DNA from: an uncultured cyanobacterium
GTDB taxonomy: Bacteria; Cyanobacteriota; Cyanobacteriia; Cyanobacteriales; CAWUOF01
Direction: 5' to 3'
Assembly (NCBI GenBank): GCA_963744145.1
Contig: CAVUSO010000001.1
Span: 5,440,001-5,504,000, forward strand
Length of the DNA: 64,000 bases
Part shown: positions 7,789-17,907 of the stretch, piece after piece
Layout: each line of letters starts with the position of its first letter
Position numbering within the stretch: the first letter of the stretch is position 1
The notes under the pieces: generated by a model
The model's database searches: none
Seen by the model: only the letters and a program-made list of their open reading frames with translations
Told to the model about the DNA's origin: nothing
Program-made: the position numbers and the translations under genes

Positions 7789-8760
7789 ATGACATCTACC
7801 CCTTTAGTCTCATCTGCTGGTAAATCTCCACAGGTTTCAGTTATTGGTGCCGGTCGAGTTGGTAGCACCTTAGCCCAACGCATTGCCGAAAAAAATATTG
7901 CTAATGTGGTATTACTGGATATTGTCGAAGGTTTACCCCAGGGAATTGCCCTTGATTTGATGCAAGCACGAGGGGTAGAAGGTCACGATCGGCAAATCAT
8001 TGGTACAAATGATTATACCCAAACCGCAGGTTCGGATATCATTGTGATTACTGCTGGTTTACCCCGGAAACCGGGAATGCTGCGAGAAGATTTAATTAAA
8101 ATCAATGCCAAGATCGTCACCCAAGCAGCTCAAAATACGATCGCTCAATCCCCCAATGCAATGGTAATTGTTGTTACCAATCCTTTGGATGTGATGACCT
8201 ATTTAGCTTGGAAAGTGACTAAATTACCATCTAGTCGAGTCATGGGAATGTCAGGGGTTCTTGACTCATCCAGATTTCAAACTTTTATCGCAATGGAACT
8301 GGGTGTATCTCCACAAGATGTCCAGACTTTAGTATTAGGAGATCACGGTAAATTAATGGTGCCGTTATCACGTTATTGTACGGTTCGGGGTATTCCTTTG
8401 ACTCAATTGCTACCTCAAGAGAAAATTGCCGAGATGGGAGAAAGAACTCGTAATGGTGGTGCAGAAATTATTGAATTAATGAAAAACAGTAGTGCTTATT
8501 TTGCACCTGCATCTTCAGCTTCTTTCATGGTAGAAGCGATATTATGGAATAGGTCTAGAGTTGCACCTGTATCAGCTTATCTCAATGGGGAATATGGCTT
8601 GCATGATATTTTTCTATCAGTTCCTTGTCAATTAGGTGGTGGTGGAGTAGAAAAAGTTCTAGAATTGGAATTAACCGATGATGAACGTAATGCTTTTTTA
8701 GCTTCAGCTCAATCAGTTCGTGAAAATATTGAATTCGCTCAGACGTTAACGATCGACTAG
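7789..8760 (+). CDS. mdh: Malate dehydrogenase (LDH-like)
   Basis: GAGRVG; TAGLPRKPGM; VTNPLD; GVLDSSRF; LGDHG. Confidence 0.92.
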   Translation: MTSTPLVSSAGKSPQVSVIGAGRVGSTLAQRIAEKNIANVVLLDIVEGLPQGIALDLMQARGVEGHDRQIIGTNDYTQTAGSDIIVITAGLPRKPGMLREDLIKINAKIVTQAAQNTIAQSPNAMVIVVTNPLDVMTYLAWKVTKLPSSRVMGMSGVLDSSRFQTFIAMELGVSPQDVQTLVLGDHGKLMVPLSRYCTVRGIPLTQLLPQEKIAEMGERTRNGGAEIIELMKNSSAYFAPASSASFMVEAILWNRSRVAPVSAYLNGEYGLHDIFLSVPCQLGGGGVEKVLELELTDDERNAFLASAQSVRENIEFAQTLTID

Positions 8761-8829
8761 AAAGCAGTTGCGAAATTGCAGATTGTTCCCCAAGTGATTT
8801 GTTGTGGCTACAGATAGTCATCAATTGTC

Positions 8830-9264
8830 ATACAGCGGATGACCTGTTGATGAAGTACAGTAAGATTTGGCATGAATGGTGGGACAGGCATCTTGCCTGT
8901 CCGAGATTGTGAGTGATCTGTGTTGGTTGGGCAGGTTTATGATAGTTATCTGTTTGCAGCAGAATTGATTGGTGAACCTGCCCCTACAAATCCCGGTTGA
9001 TTGTGATCATAAATTCATCGATCAGACATTTTTATGAGCTAGTAAGGGCGGGTTCACCGATGAATTCGCCACACACAAATAACTTTGATGAACCCGCCCT
9101 GCTTGAATGTCAGATTTTTCGGTGAATCCCTGTAGGGGCGGGTTCACCGTTTAATTTGCCCCACACAAATAACCCTTGTGCCGAGCGCAGTCGAGGTATT
9201 AATGAACCCGCCAGGAAACCACAGATCACCTTGATGAACTTCATAAACCTGGAATAGGCTGTAT
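8830..9264. mobile_element. Non-autonomous composite element with TACAGC...GCTGTA ends; related inverted copy at 32166-32754
   Basis: Imperfect ~30-bp terminal inverted repeats; internal GGGACAGGCATCTTGCCTGTCC palindrome and GGGCGGGTTCA...TGAACCCGCC hairpins. Confidence 0.75.
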
Positions 9265-9306
9265 CATCTGTAGTCACACTATAATTAAAGAAATTAGGAG
9301 ATTGGC

Positions 9307-10044
9307 ATGAAAATTCAAGGATCAGTTGCATTTGTGACGGGTACAAATCGGGGAATTGGTAAAGCATACGTGGAAGAGTTAGTCAAAGCAGGTGCTAGTC
9401 GCATTTATGCAACTGCCCGGTCAATTGAAACTCTCACAGATTTAGTCGCGATCGCCCCAGATCGGATCATCCCGATCGCATTAGATGTTACTAATCCAGA
9501 TCAAGTCAATGCTGTTGCCCAAAAAGCCCAAGATGTCAACCTATTGATTAATAATGCTGGTGTATTAGGTAGTGGTGGATTATTTATCGCTAGCAGTGTG
9601 GAAACAGCTCAATGGGAGATGAATACCAACTACTTTGGTACACTCTTGATGGTTCGTGCTTTTGCGCCAATTTTGGGACGTAATGGTGGGGGCGCGATCG
9701 TAAATTTATTATCAGTAGTATCTATTGCCAATGCACCTGTGTTTAGTTCCTACAGTGCTTCTAAAGCGGCTCTCTATTCTCTAACTCAAGGTATTCGGGC
9801 AGAATTGGCCAAGCAAAACACACAAGTGATTGGTGTATTTCCAGGTCCAGTAGATACAGCTATGGCTGAAAGTGTTTCTATGGATAAAGTTGCTCCGAAC
9901 AAAGTAGCTCAAATAACTTTACAAGCGATTGAAGAAGGAATTGAGGATGTTTATCCCGATCCAGTTTCCCAAAATACATTTGCGGCGATCGGGACTTCCC
10001 TGAAAGAAGTTGAAAAACAGTTCGCTAGCTGGTTACCTCAATAG
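9307..10044 (+). CDS. Short-chain dehydrogenase/reductase
   Basis: TGTNRGIG; LINNAG; YSASK. Confidence 0.92.
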   Translation: MKIQGSVAFVTGTNRGIGKAYVEELVKAGASRIYATARSIETLTDLVAIAPDRIIPIALDVTNPDQVNAVAQKAQDVNLLINNAGVLGSGGLFIASSVETAQWEMNTNYFGTLLMVRAFAPILGRNGGGAIVNLLSVVSIANAPVFSSYSASKAALYSLTQGIRAELAKQNTQVIGVFPGPVDTAMAESVSMDKVAPNKVAQITLQAIEEGIEDVYPDPVSQNTFAAIGTSLKEVEKQFASWLPQ

Positions 10045-10086
10045 GGATAGAAATCGAGCGATCGCGACAATACTATAGGATAAAAT

Positions 10087-10809
10087 TTACCACACATTCT
10101 GCATGACTATAGATCCGGTTGGATATCGACTTAATTGGGAAGATTCTAAGGTAATAAAAACTCCAGATATGCCATCTTCATAGAGATCAATAGGCAGGAA
10201 AAATTGCTCAGAAGTTAGTCCTTTAGTATTGATATTGACAATTCCACAAGGAATCTGATCGCGATCGACCATTACCCATAATCGATAGACATATCCCTGG
10301 GGTGGAATGGGGAGATCCTGAAGAGTAAGAATACCTTTTCCTTGTGCTAAATTCACCACAAAACTACCAGAGGCAAAGTTGGGTGTGATATGCTTTAAGG
10401 GGAACAGACGAGTTTGAGAATTTTGCAATAAAACGTTAATTTCACTAGCTGCATTTAACTCTTGTCGCAACCGATAATTATCAATACCTAATCCTAAAAT
10501 CAACAATATTGCAATGCTTCCCCAGATCGGTTTCCAGGATAAATAAGGTGATCTAGCTCTTGGAACCTGCTGAACTGAGTTATTAGCAACAGTAGCAATA
10601 GTAGACCAAAGATCGGGTGGTGGTTGGACTTCATGTAACCCACAAATCAAGCGATCGCAAATTTCATCTAGCTGCTTCACTTCTTGAGTTAATTCTGGAT
10701 GCTGAGTCAGCAATTGTTCAAACTCCTCTAATTCTGGTGAGGTGAGATTACCTACCACATAACCCGCGATCAGGAGTTCAATTGTTTGAGGAGTTAAAGG
10801 TTCTGTCAT
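10087..10809 (-). CDS. Anti-sigma factor, RskA/anti-sigma-K type
   Basis: LIAGYVVG N-terminus, single TM helix, C-terminal LPIPPQGYVYRLW domain; directly downstream of an ECF sigma gene. Confidence 0.85.
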   Translation of the reverse strand: MTEPLTPQTIELLIAGYVVGNLTSPELEEFEQLLTQHPELTQEVKQLDEICDRLICGLHEVQPPPDLWSTIATVANNSVQQVPRARSPYLSWKPIWGSIAILLILGLGIDNYRLRQELNAASEINVLLQNSQTRLFPLKHITPNFASGSFVVNLAQGKGILTLQDLPIPPQGYVYRLWVMVDRDQIPCGIVNINTKGLTSEQFFLPIDLYEDGISGVFITLESSQLSRYPTGSIVMQNVW

Positions 10810-10816
10810 ATTACAG

Positions 10817-11398
10817 TTAATCGATCGTAGTTCCTAAAATTTGCTTAAGTTTCAGTAGTCCTTGACGAGTCCAAGTTTTTATAGTCCCTAAAGGAGTATT
10901 CAATCGACGGGCAATTTCTGACTGACTTAATCCTTCGTCATAAGCCATTTTCAGTGCTTGACGGTGATCTTTTGGCAATTGTTCGAGCGCAAGACGGACT
11001 TGTTGAGCGCGTTCAGTTAAGGTTGCTTGGTCATAGAGAGAAGCCGTTTCTAGAGGTGTGATTTGTTGCCAACGTTGCAACAGATTGAAGTAGCGATGGC
11101 GCGATCGCAGTTTATCGATCGCACGGGAACGAGACATAGCAACTAGATAACGAATTAGATGTGGATGATCAGGGTTAGGTGGATGATGCCACAAAGCCAG
11201 AAAAATCTCTTGGGTCAAATCTTCCGCTTCCTGAGTAGTTTTTAAAACTTTCAATCCCATGCCATAAACAACTCCACTATAGCGGTAATAAAGCATCTCC
11301 AATGCCGACATTTTGCGGTTTTTGAGTGCCTGCAACAATTCTGTATCTGTCACTAGAGGTGACCCGGATAACTGCTCCTGGGAAGAATGATGTTCCAT
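10817..11398 (-). CDS. ECF sigma-70 factor (SigK-like)
   Basis: EAEDLTQEIFL; RSRAIDKLR; GLSQSEIARRLNTPLGTIKT. Confidence 0.92.
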   Translation of the reverse strand: MEHHSSQEQLSGSPLVTDTELLQALKNRKMSALEMLYYRYSGVVYGMGLKVLKTTQEAEDLTQEIFLALWHHPPNPDHPHLIRYLVAMSRSRAIDKLRSRHRYFNLLQRWQQITPLETASLYDQATLTERAQQVRLALEQLPKDHRQALKMAYDEGLSQSEIARRLNTPLGTIKTWTRQGLLKLKQILGTTID

Positions 11399-11487
11399 CT
11401 GTTAACAATTAATCGATTAAGTTGTGGCAACATCAGCCGCAATGTATGTTTCCCAACCTATTTTTAGATCAAACAGCTCCTTTTTAT

Positions 11488-11514
11488 AACGACTAAGCGG
11501 GTTGATTGGATTTA
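11488..11514 (-). promoter_or_regulatory. Candidate ECF promoter facing the sigma gene
   Basis: Minus strand reads TAAATCC-N16-CGTT. Confidence 0.6.
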
Positions 11515-11557
11515 ATTTTTGCAGATTAGATTTTAATTCCTTCACAATTCTTATTTT

Positions 11558-11584
11558 TAAATCCAAAATCAAATTTGAATCGTT
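11558..11584 (+). promoter_or_regulatory. Candidate ECF promoter facing the Rieske gene
   Basis: Plus strand reads TAAATCC-N16-CGTT. Confidence 0.6.
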
Positions 11585-11663
11585 TTCTGGAATAGAGCAA
11601 ATCTATAGTAGCCCAGATTAATCCGAAAGCTCTATTTACTCTAGTTTTTGGTGCAAGTAGACC

Positions 11664-12086
11664 ATGAAACGTCGTAATTTTTTAAGTTGGGTCGGAATTG
11701 GCTGGTTAACCAGTTTATTGCCCATGGCGATCGCGTCCTGTTCGGGTAAAAAAACTGAATCATCGACCAGAAGTGATGGATTTATTGCGGTGGGAAACTT
11801 GACCGCATTGGAGCCAAGCGGATTTCTGAAAACGAAAATAGGTGACAAATCGGTCATCATCTTGCGCGATCAGGCTCACCCAGATACCGTTCGAGCGATT
11901 AATCCCACCTGTACTCATGCAGGTTGCATGGTGGATTGGGAATCAAAGGATAAGGCATTTGAATGTCCTTGTCACGATTCTCGCTTTGCTGGGGATGGTA
12001 AGGTTTTGGAAGGACCGGCCCAGAAACCATTGCAAACTTATGTAACCAAGTTAGAAGACAAAACAATTCTGGTAAAGATTAGCTAA
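11664..12086 (+). CDS. Small Tat-exported Rieske 2Fe-2S lipoprotein (PetC3-like)
   Basis: KRRNFL Tat motif; lipobox IASC; CTHAGC and CPCHDS boxes. Confidence 0.9.
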   Translation: MKRRNFLSWVGIGWLTSLLPMAIASCSGKKTESSTRSDGFIAVGNLTALEPSGFLKTKIGDKSVIILRDQAHPDTVRAINPTCTHAGCMVDWESKDKAFECPCHDSRFAGDGKVLEGPAQKPLQTYVTKLEDKTILVKIS

Positions 12087-12101
12087 TTGGAGCAACAAAT
12101 C

Positions 12102-13007
12102 ATGCAACGGAGACAATTTTTGCAACATCTGGGCTGGACAGGTTTAGGGTTTGTGTGGACTGTGGGTACTAATGGCTTAATTACTGCTTGTCAAGTTGGT
12201 GGTTCTAAAGCACAAAAATCCTCCAGTTCTGCCCCCTTATCGTTTGTGCAGATCAGTGATTCCCATATTGGTTTCAATAAACCTGCCAATGAAAATGTGA
12301 TTCAAACCCTTGAACAAACGGTCACGGCTATTAATGCCCTCCCCAAACCCCCTGCATTTATCGTTCATACTGGAGATATTACCCATCTATCTAAACCAGC
12401 AGAATTTGATCAAGCCAAACAAGTGCTAAGTAAATTAAAAGTACCTCTGTTTACTGTTCCCGGAGAACATGATACTATCGGCGATCAGGGTAAAGCCTAT
12501 ACTCAAGCCTTTCCTGCTCAGAAACGAGAAGGATTACAATCGTGGGATCAAGCTGGGATTCATTTCGTCTCCCTAACTAATGTAATGGAGTTTGGGGTAG
12601 ATGGTAAAGGTAAAATCGGACAAGCACAGTTAGATATTCTGAAAAAAGATTTGGAACCACAAAAATCAGATACTCCGATTGTGATTTTCAGCCATATTCC
12701 CCTTTATGATATTTATCCCCAATGGGGATGGGCAACTGAAGATTCTGCTCAAGTGGTAGCTTTACTGTCCCGATTTGGCGCAGTGACTGTCTTGAGTGGA
12801 CATATCCATCAGGTGATTCAACATACGGAAGGGAAGATTCAATTTTACACAGCCGCTTCCACTGCTTTTCCCCAACCTCAACCCGGAAAAGCTGAAAAAC
12901 CTGGTCCAGTCAAATTGCCCAAAGATAGTTTATTGAAAGCTTTAGGATTTCGTACTGTTGACTTTATCCCAGATAGTGATCCTAAAGTTGCTGAACTGAC
13001 ACTATAA
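12102..13007 (+). CDS. Tat-exported calcineurin-like metallophosphoesterase
   Basis: QRRQFL; DSH, GD, GEHD, GHIH motifs; ATG at 12102 after GGAG. Confidence 0.88.
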   Translation: MQRRQFLQHLGWTGLGFVWTVGTNGLITACQVGGSKAQKSSSSAPLSFVQISDSHIGFNKPANENVIQTLEQTVTAINALPKPPAFIVHTGDITHLSKPAEFDQAKQVLSKLKVPLFTVPGEHDTIGDQGKAYTQAFPAQKREGLQSWDQAGIHFVSLTNVMEFGVDGKGKIGQAQLDILKKDLEPQKSDTPIVIFSHIPLYDIYPQWGWATEDSAQVVALLSRFGAVTVLSGHIHQVIQHTEGKIQFYTAASTAFPQPQPGKAEKPGPVKLPKDSLLKALGFRTVDFIPDSDPKVAELTL

Positions 13008-13096
13008 TTGTTCAAACATATCCGTAGGATACTCCTGGCTGGGGGAATGGGCGATCAATCACAGATCATGTTCAGTATTTAGGTGAGAAGAAATTC

Positions 13097-14119
13097 ATGG
13101 CAATTCATTTACAACAAGCTCTAGAAGTAGGTAAGTATTTATTTACCCAGCGTCTCAAAGGTCGGAAGCGTTTTCCTTTAATTTTAATGTTAGAGCCTTT
13201 ATTTCGCTGTAATCTTGCTTGCTCTGGTTGTGGTAAAATTCAACATCCTCCGGAAATCCTCAAACAGAATTTGACCCCAGAACAGTGTTTTAACGCAGTT
13301 GAAGAATGTGGAGCTCCGGTTGTTTCTATTCCAGGAGGAGAACCTTTGCTCCATCCACAAATTGATGAAATTGTCAAAGGGTTAGTTGAAAGAAAAAAAT
13401 TTGTTTATCTCTGTACTAATGGATTGTTGCTCGAAAAAACTCTCCATAAGTTTGAACCTTCTCCTTATCTAACCTTTAGTATTCATTTAGACGGATTGCA
13501 GCCATTACATGACAAATGTGTCGATCGCAAAGGTGTTTTTGAGATTGCTGTTGCTGCTATTCGTACTGCTAAAGCTAAGGGATTTCGCGTCACTACGAAT
13601 ACTACCATTTTTGAGGGGACAGATCCTCAAGAAATGCAGGAATTTTTTCAATTTCTTGATACCCTCAATATTGATGGGATGATGATTTCTCCTGGTTATA
13701 GTTATGAGTGGGCACCAGATCAAGAGCATTTTCTGAAACGGGAAAAGACCCGATCGCTGTTCCGAGAAATTTTAGCTCCTTATAAAACTGGTAAACAGCG
13801 TTGGAATTTTAATCACAATCCTCTCTTTTTAGATTTTCTTACTGGTGAAAAAGACTACGAATGCACTCCCTGGGGTAGTCCTAGTTATAGCGTTCTAGGT
13901 TGGCAAAAACCTTGCTATCTGCTGAATGAAGGTTATTATGCTACTTTTGAGGAACTGCTCGAAAAAACTGATTGGGACCAATATGGTCGAGCTAGTGGCA
14001 ATCCTAAATGTGCAGATTGTATGGTACATTGTGGCTATGAACCAACCGCAGCGATGGATGCTATGCAACCAGAAAATCTAGCACGTTCCGTTGGTAGTGT
14101 ACTTGGTATTGCTAATTAA
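13097..14119 (+). CDS. hpnH: Adenosyl-hopene transferase (hopanoid radical SAM)
   Basis: [35 protein letters not shown]. Confidence 0.95.
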   Translation: MAIHLQQALEVGKYLFTQRLKGRKRFPLILMLEPLFRCNLACSGCGKIQHPPEILKQNLTPEQCFNAVEECGAPVVSIPGGEPLLHPQIDEIVKGLVERKKFVYLCTNGLLLEKTLHKFEPSPYLTFSIHLDGLQPLHDKCVDRKGVFEIAVAAIRTAKAKGFRVTTNTTIFEGTDPQEMQEFFQFLDTLNIDGMMISPGYSYEWAPDQEHFLKREKTRSLFREILAPYKTGKQRWNFNHNPLFLDFLTGEKDYECTPWGSPSYSVLGWQKPCYLLNEGYYATFEELLEKTDWDQYGRASGNPKCADCMVHCGYEPTAAMDAMQPENLARSVGSVLGIAN

Positions 14120-14165
14120 CTATCTGGTTAAATTACCAGGAAGAATCTCATTTCAGTAATACAAT

Positions 14166-14201
14166 AGGTAGAGGTAATTGATTAATTACCTCTATTTTTT
14201 A
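14166..14201 (+). terminator. Intrinsic terminator after hpnH
   Basis: TAGAGGTAATT-loop-AATTACCTCTA followed by a T run. Confidence 0.7.
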
Positions 14202-14348
14202 TTTATAGCTCAACAAAACTTTATTAATTTTTTTAAGTAAAGTTTATTATCTTTTATGACCACAATTAAGGCGTTGCTGCTATTCTCAATTAACTAAAAA
14301 TCCAAACTAATTCGCCAAAAACTTGTAAAATAAAAGAGTTTGACGACC

Positions 14349-14660
14349 ATGAACCACTATTGTCAGGAATGGATTGAAGACTGGTGTCGTGAAAACGGTT
14401 GGACGGATTTAATTATCGAAGGAGAAAACTATTGGGCTTTTCCTCCCGGAGCTGTAGTGCCAGAACCGTTGCCTCCGAAAGCTTTAAAATTAATTAAGAT
14501 TGAAAAAGGATTAAGTAGATCGGAAAGACTGTGGTCGATATCAGCAATTATGGGAACAGCGATCGCTGGAGTTTTAGCTTATTTGTTAAAATCTCCAATG
14601 CCCTTGTTATTTGCCTTTGTCTGGGGAGCAGTAACTGTGGCTAAACTGGAAATAGATTGA
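14349..14660 (+). CDS. Conserved cyanobacterial hypothetical membrane protein
   Basis: YCQEWIEDWCRENGWTD...WAFPPGAVVP plus two C-terminal hydrophobic segments; ATG at 14349. Confidence 0.7.
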   Translation: MNHYCQEWIEDWCRENGWTDLIIEGENYWAFPPGAVVPEPLPPKALKLIKIEKGLSRSERLWSISAIMGTAIAGVLAYLLKSPMPLLFAFVWGAVTVAKLEID

Positions 14661-14795
14661 CACTCTACATATAGAAGTTTAGCAATTGAGAAAAAAATTT
14701 GTTAAGTTTTTCAGATCATAGAACCTTTTTGGGATAAGTTCCGTCTTTTATAGCTAATGACCGAAAATAATTATTAATGCTTACTCTCTTAGAGG

Positions 14796-15662
14796 ATGAT
14801 AACTGCAATGTACCCCCAACCAATTAAATCCGGCTTTAACCTTACTCTGACAGCAGCTACAGGGATTGGTTTATCTTTAGGTGTGGCGATCGTATTAAAT
14901 AGTAATATCAGTTTTGCGAGTGATTCAGCAACAGGGACAAAAGATATTCAGGTAGAAACTAAAACTGAACCTGTACCAAATCCGGGTAATAACACACCTG
15001 TTCCCAATAATCCCCCACCTGTTCCTAATAATCCACCTGCTCCTAATACTACTAAACCCACAGATTCTACCCAAAGTACAAATACCGGACGTCGTTTTAC
15101 TTGTGAAGTCCAAAATGGTCAATATACTGTCATGTACTATCCCCAAAACCAAAATGGACAAGGTTATGCTTGGGCAACACCGACAGGTATGGGAGATGGT
15201 TGGTCTCCAGAACGTCGATGTAATGAAATTAGTAATCGGTTAGAAACTTATCGACCTGACGGTTTGCTAGAAATGCAAATAGCTAAATATAATATCTATA
15301 ACATTGTTTGTATCACAACACAGAAAAATCCCACCTGTCGGATTGTGCTGACAGTTCCTCTGGATCAAGATCCCAAAATGGTTCGCGATCGCATTTTTAA
15401 TAACTTAACTGTAGCTGATAGCGGTCAAAAAACTGACGCGGTAAATACCTTTCTCCCTGGGGATAATGAAGGTAAAATTATCCAAGATACTTTGGGAATA
15501 AATATTCCTGGATTAGGAGGTAGAAGTAATTCAGTTTCTAGTCCCGATCGGATTAATCTCTTACCTTTCCTTGCTCCTACTGATGGTGGAACTGGGACAA
15601 AATTACGCTCAGGTATACCCATGGATACTCCCCATCGATTAAATCCCAATAATTTCCGCTAA
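14796..15662 (+). CDS. COP23-domain secreted protein
   Basis: Signal and Pro/Asn-rich linker, then RFTC...GWSPERRCNEISNRL...IVC. Confidence 0.8.
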   Translation: MITAMYPQPIKSGFNLTLTAATGIGLSLGVAIVLNSNISFASDSATGTKDIQVETKTEPVPNPGNNTPVPNNPPPVPNNPPAPNTTKPTDSTQSTNTGRRFTCEVQNGQYTVMYYPQNQNGQGYAWATPTGMGDGWSPERRCNEISNRLETYRPDGLLEMQIAKYNIYNIVCITTQKNPTCRIVLTVPLDQDPKMVRDRIFNNLTVADSGQKTDAVNTFLPGDNEGKIIQDTLGINIPGLGGRSNSVSSPDRINLLPFLAPTDGGTGTKLRSGIPMDTPHRLNPNNFR

Positions 15663-15738
15663 GAATTATTGAGTTAAAACTAATCAGGCGATCGCGATGC
15701 TAATATTTGTCCTCCCATCAATTTAATCATCTTAATTA

Positions 15739-15778
15739 CTCCCCCTTCCCTCCTAGGGAAGGGGGTTGGGGGGGTAGG
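15739..15778. repeat. REP-like palindrome (CCCCCTTCCC...GGGAAGGGGG family)
   Basis: CTCCCCCTTCCCTCCTAGGGAAGGGGGTTGGGGGGTAGG between convergent genes. Confidence 0.65.
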
Positions 15779-15896
15779 TCGTCAGATTTTAACCCGGAGT
15801 AGATAATCACCAAACAAAAATCTAGTTAAATTAGTAGGAAAAACACCCCAGTTTAGCTAGGGTGCTTGATTTACGAATAGATTAGACGCAACAAAA

Positions 15897-16316
15897 TTAG
15901 GGTTCGATCTTCACCGAAATGATCTTGTCACCTTGTTCGATTGCATTGACTACCTTTATATCCTCAGTTTTGCCAAAAACTGTATGTTGTCCGTCTAAAT
16001 GAGATTGGGGAGAATGACAAATAAAAAATTGACTTCCACCAGTATTACGACCCGCGTGTGCCATTGACAAAGAACCAGCTAAATGCTTATTCTGATTAAT
16101 TTCACATTTAATTTGATAACCAGGACCACCCCTGCCATCACCATTCGGACAGCCCCCTTGGATCATAAAATTAGGAATAACGCGGTGAAAATTTAAGCCA
16201 TCATAAAAACCTTTGGTTGCTAAATCAACAAAATTCTTGACTGTATTCGGGGCATCTTGATCGAACAACTCTAGATTAATTGTCCCTTTGGCAGTTTCCA
16301 TGATGGCACGAGTCAT
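15897..16316 (-). CDS. Cyclophilin-type peptidyl-prolyl isomerase (start probably ATG 16316)
   Basis: [40 protein letters not shown]. Confidence 0.95.
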   Translation of the reverse strand: MTRAIMETAKGTINLELFDQDAPNTVKNFVDLATKGFYDGLNFHRVIPNFMIQGGCPNGDGRGGPGYQIKCEINQNKHLAGSLSMAHAGRNTGGSQFFICHSPQSHLDGQHTVFGKTEDIKVVNAIEQGDKIISVKIEP

Positions 16317-16498
16317 AGTTTCTCCTAGATGATAGATCAGCAAATGATAGATGATTGCTGCTTTTTTTTGAGCGATCGCTATTATACCAAATCTGATCAT
16401 CTATGTAATTTAGACATATTACATATTGAAGTCGTCTAAGTCAGATGTAACGATCTGATAAATTTCCTTAAAATCAATACAGCGATCGCCTCTAAAAT

Positions 16499-17893
16499 AT
16501 GCACCTGGAATCAACACTTAACCAACTTAAAGCCGCGCTTCCCAATGGTGAATTACCCGCCAGCTATGGGGTCTATTTCAAAAATACCCTAGTTGCCCTC
16601 TGTCATGCCCTCGAAGATCACATTTTACAGACGAGTGCGGGATCTCCAGACCAATACCCCTTAGTTTTAGCGACCTTTCAACAAGGAAAGTGGTATCTCC
16701 AAGAAGCCGATCGCTATGAAGAAATTGCTCAGTGTTCCCGTCACATCGTGATCAGCGCCATGTCTGATAGTGGTTTTGTCACTCACAAAACCAGTCAACT
16801 TCCTAACGTATCCCTAGTAAATCTCGACCCACAAGATACTTTAATCAAAGAATGGAATTTAATTATTATTGCTCCTACTTATAAAGGAATGGTCTTGTGC
16901 CACGAGCTTTCGGAAGATGAGTATGTGGTTCAAGGTAAACCAGAAACAGATTCAGAGCGAAAATTCTATGGTTTGTGGACATTCGACCAGACAATCGTCC
17001 CAAAAGCTGCGGAAATTTTAATTGCTCGGATGCGCCCCAACAATCCGGAATTAGCCGATCGGGTGAGTGCAATATACCAAGAAATCCTGACTACTCCTGG
17101 TCCAGCGTTAGCGGATCTGAGTGGGGTGGTCTCGCGGATTTTGACCTATCTGCAAACTTCTCAGCAGCAAGTGATTACACTTAATCGTCAAAATCGGGAA
17201 ATGCGGGAATTAGAAGGTAAAGCTCTACGCATTAGTCGGAATTTAAGCGCCAATAAACTGCAAGCTTTTCTCCGGATGGCTCAAAGAGTTGATGAACGCG
17301 ATCGCGCTAATCCGGTTGCTTCTTTACAAGTATCTGCGCTGGCGGAAACATTAGGTCAAATTCTTGACTTACCCACATTACAATTACGTCGTCTCCGTCT
17401 AGCGGGATTATTGTTTCGAGTAGGCTTAGTTTCTGCTCCACCCCAAATTTTTACCCAGACCGCGAGTGAAATGGATGAGACGACCTTAGCATTCTGGCGC
17501 GATCGGGCGACCATTGGCGCTCACCTGCTCGAAGCGATGCCAGAATTAGCCGCAGTAGCGAATATTGTTGCTCATCAAAGGGAATACTGGGATGGTAGTG
17601 GTAAACCAAAAGGTCTTAGAGCGACAGAAATCCCCATTGAATCCCGGATTTTGGGATTAGTTGCTTATTTTCAAGAACTAACCAAAGCCAGGGGTACTAG
17701 GATTGCTCTGAGTTTAGGAGCAGCCCTGATCCAATGTCAAGAACTTAGTGGTAGTCGTTTTGACCCAGATTTAGTTGAGTCTTTAGCGACAGTAGTTCGT
17801 TTAACAGAAATTGGGATGATGCAATTACCTCAACGTCCCAGCCAAGTACCCACAGTTTGGTTAGAGGAATCCACTATTTCTAGTCCTTCTTAA
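16499..17893 (+). CDS. DICT sensory domain plus degenerate HD-GYP domain protein
   Basis: YFKNTLVALCHALED...FQQGKWYLQEADRY (DICT); WDGSGKPKGL...EIPIESRI...RFDPDLV (HD-GYP-like). Confidence 0.8.
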   Translation: MHLESTLNQLKAALPNGELPASYGVYFKNTLVALCHALEDHILQTSAGSPDQYPLVLATFQQGKWYLQEADRYEEIAQCSRHIVISAMSDSGFVTHKTSQLPNVSLVNLDPQDTLIKEWNLIIIAPTYKGMVLCHELSEDEYVVQGKPETDSERKFYGLWTFDQTIVPKAAEILIARMRPNNPELADRVSAIYQEILTTPGPALADLSGVVSRILTYLQTSQQQVITLNRQNREMRELEGKALRISRNLSANKLQAFLRMAQRVDERDRANPVASLQVSALAETLGQILDLPTLQLRRLRLAGLLFRVGLVSAPPQIFTQTASEMDETTLAFWRDRATIGAHLLEAMPELAAVANIVAHQREYWDGSGKPKGLRATEIPIESRILGLVAYFQELTKARGTRIALSLGAALIQCQELSGSRFDPDLVESLATVVRLTEIGMMQLPQRPSQVPTVWLEESTISSPS

Positions 17894-17907
17894 CCCTAAA
17901 TATCGAC

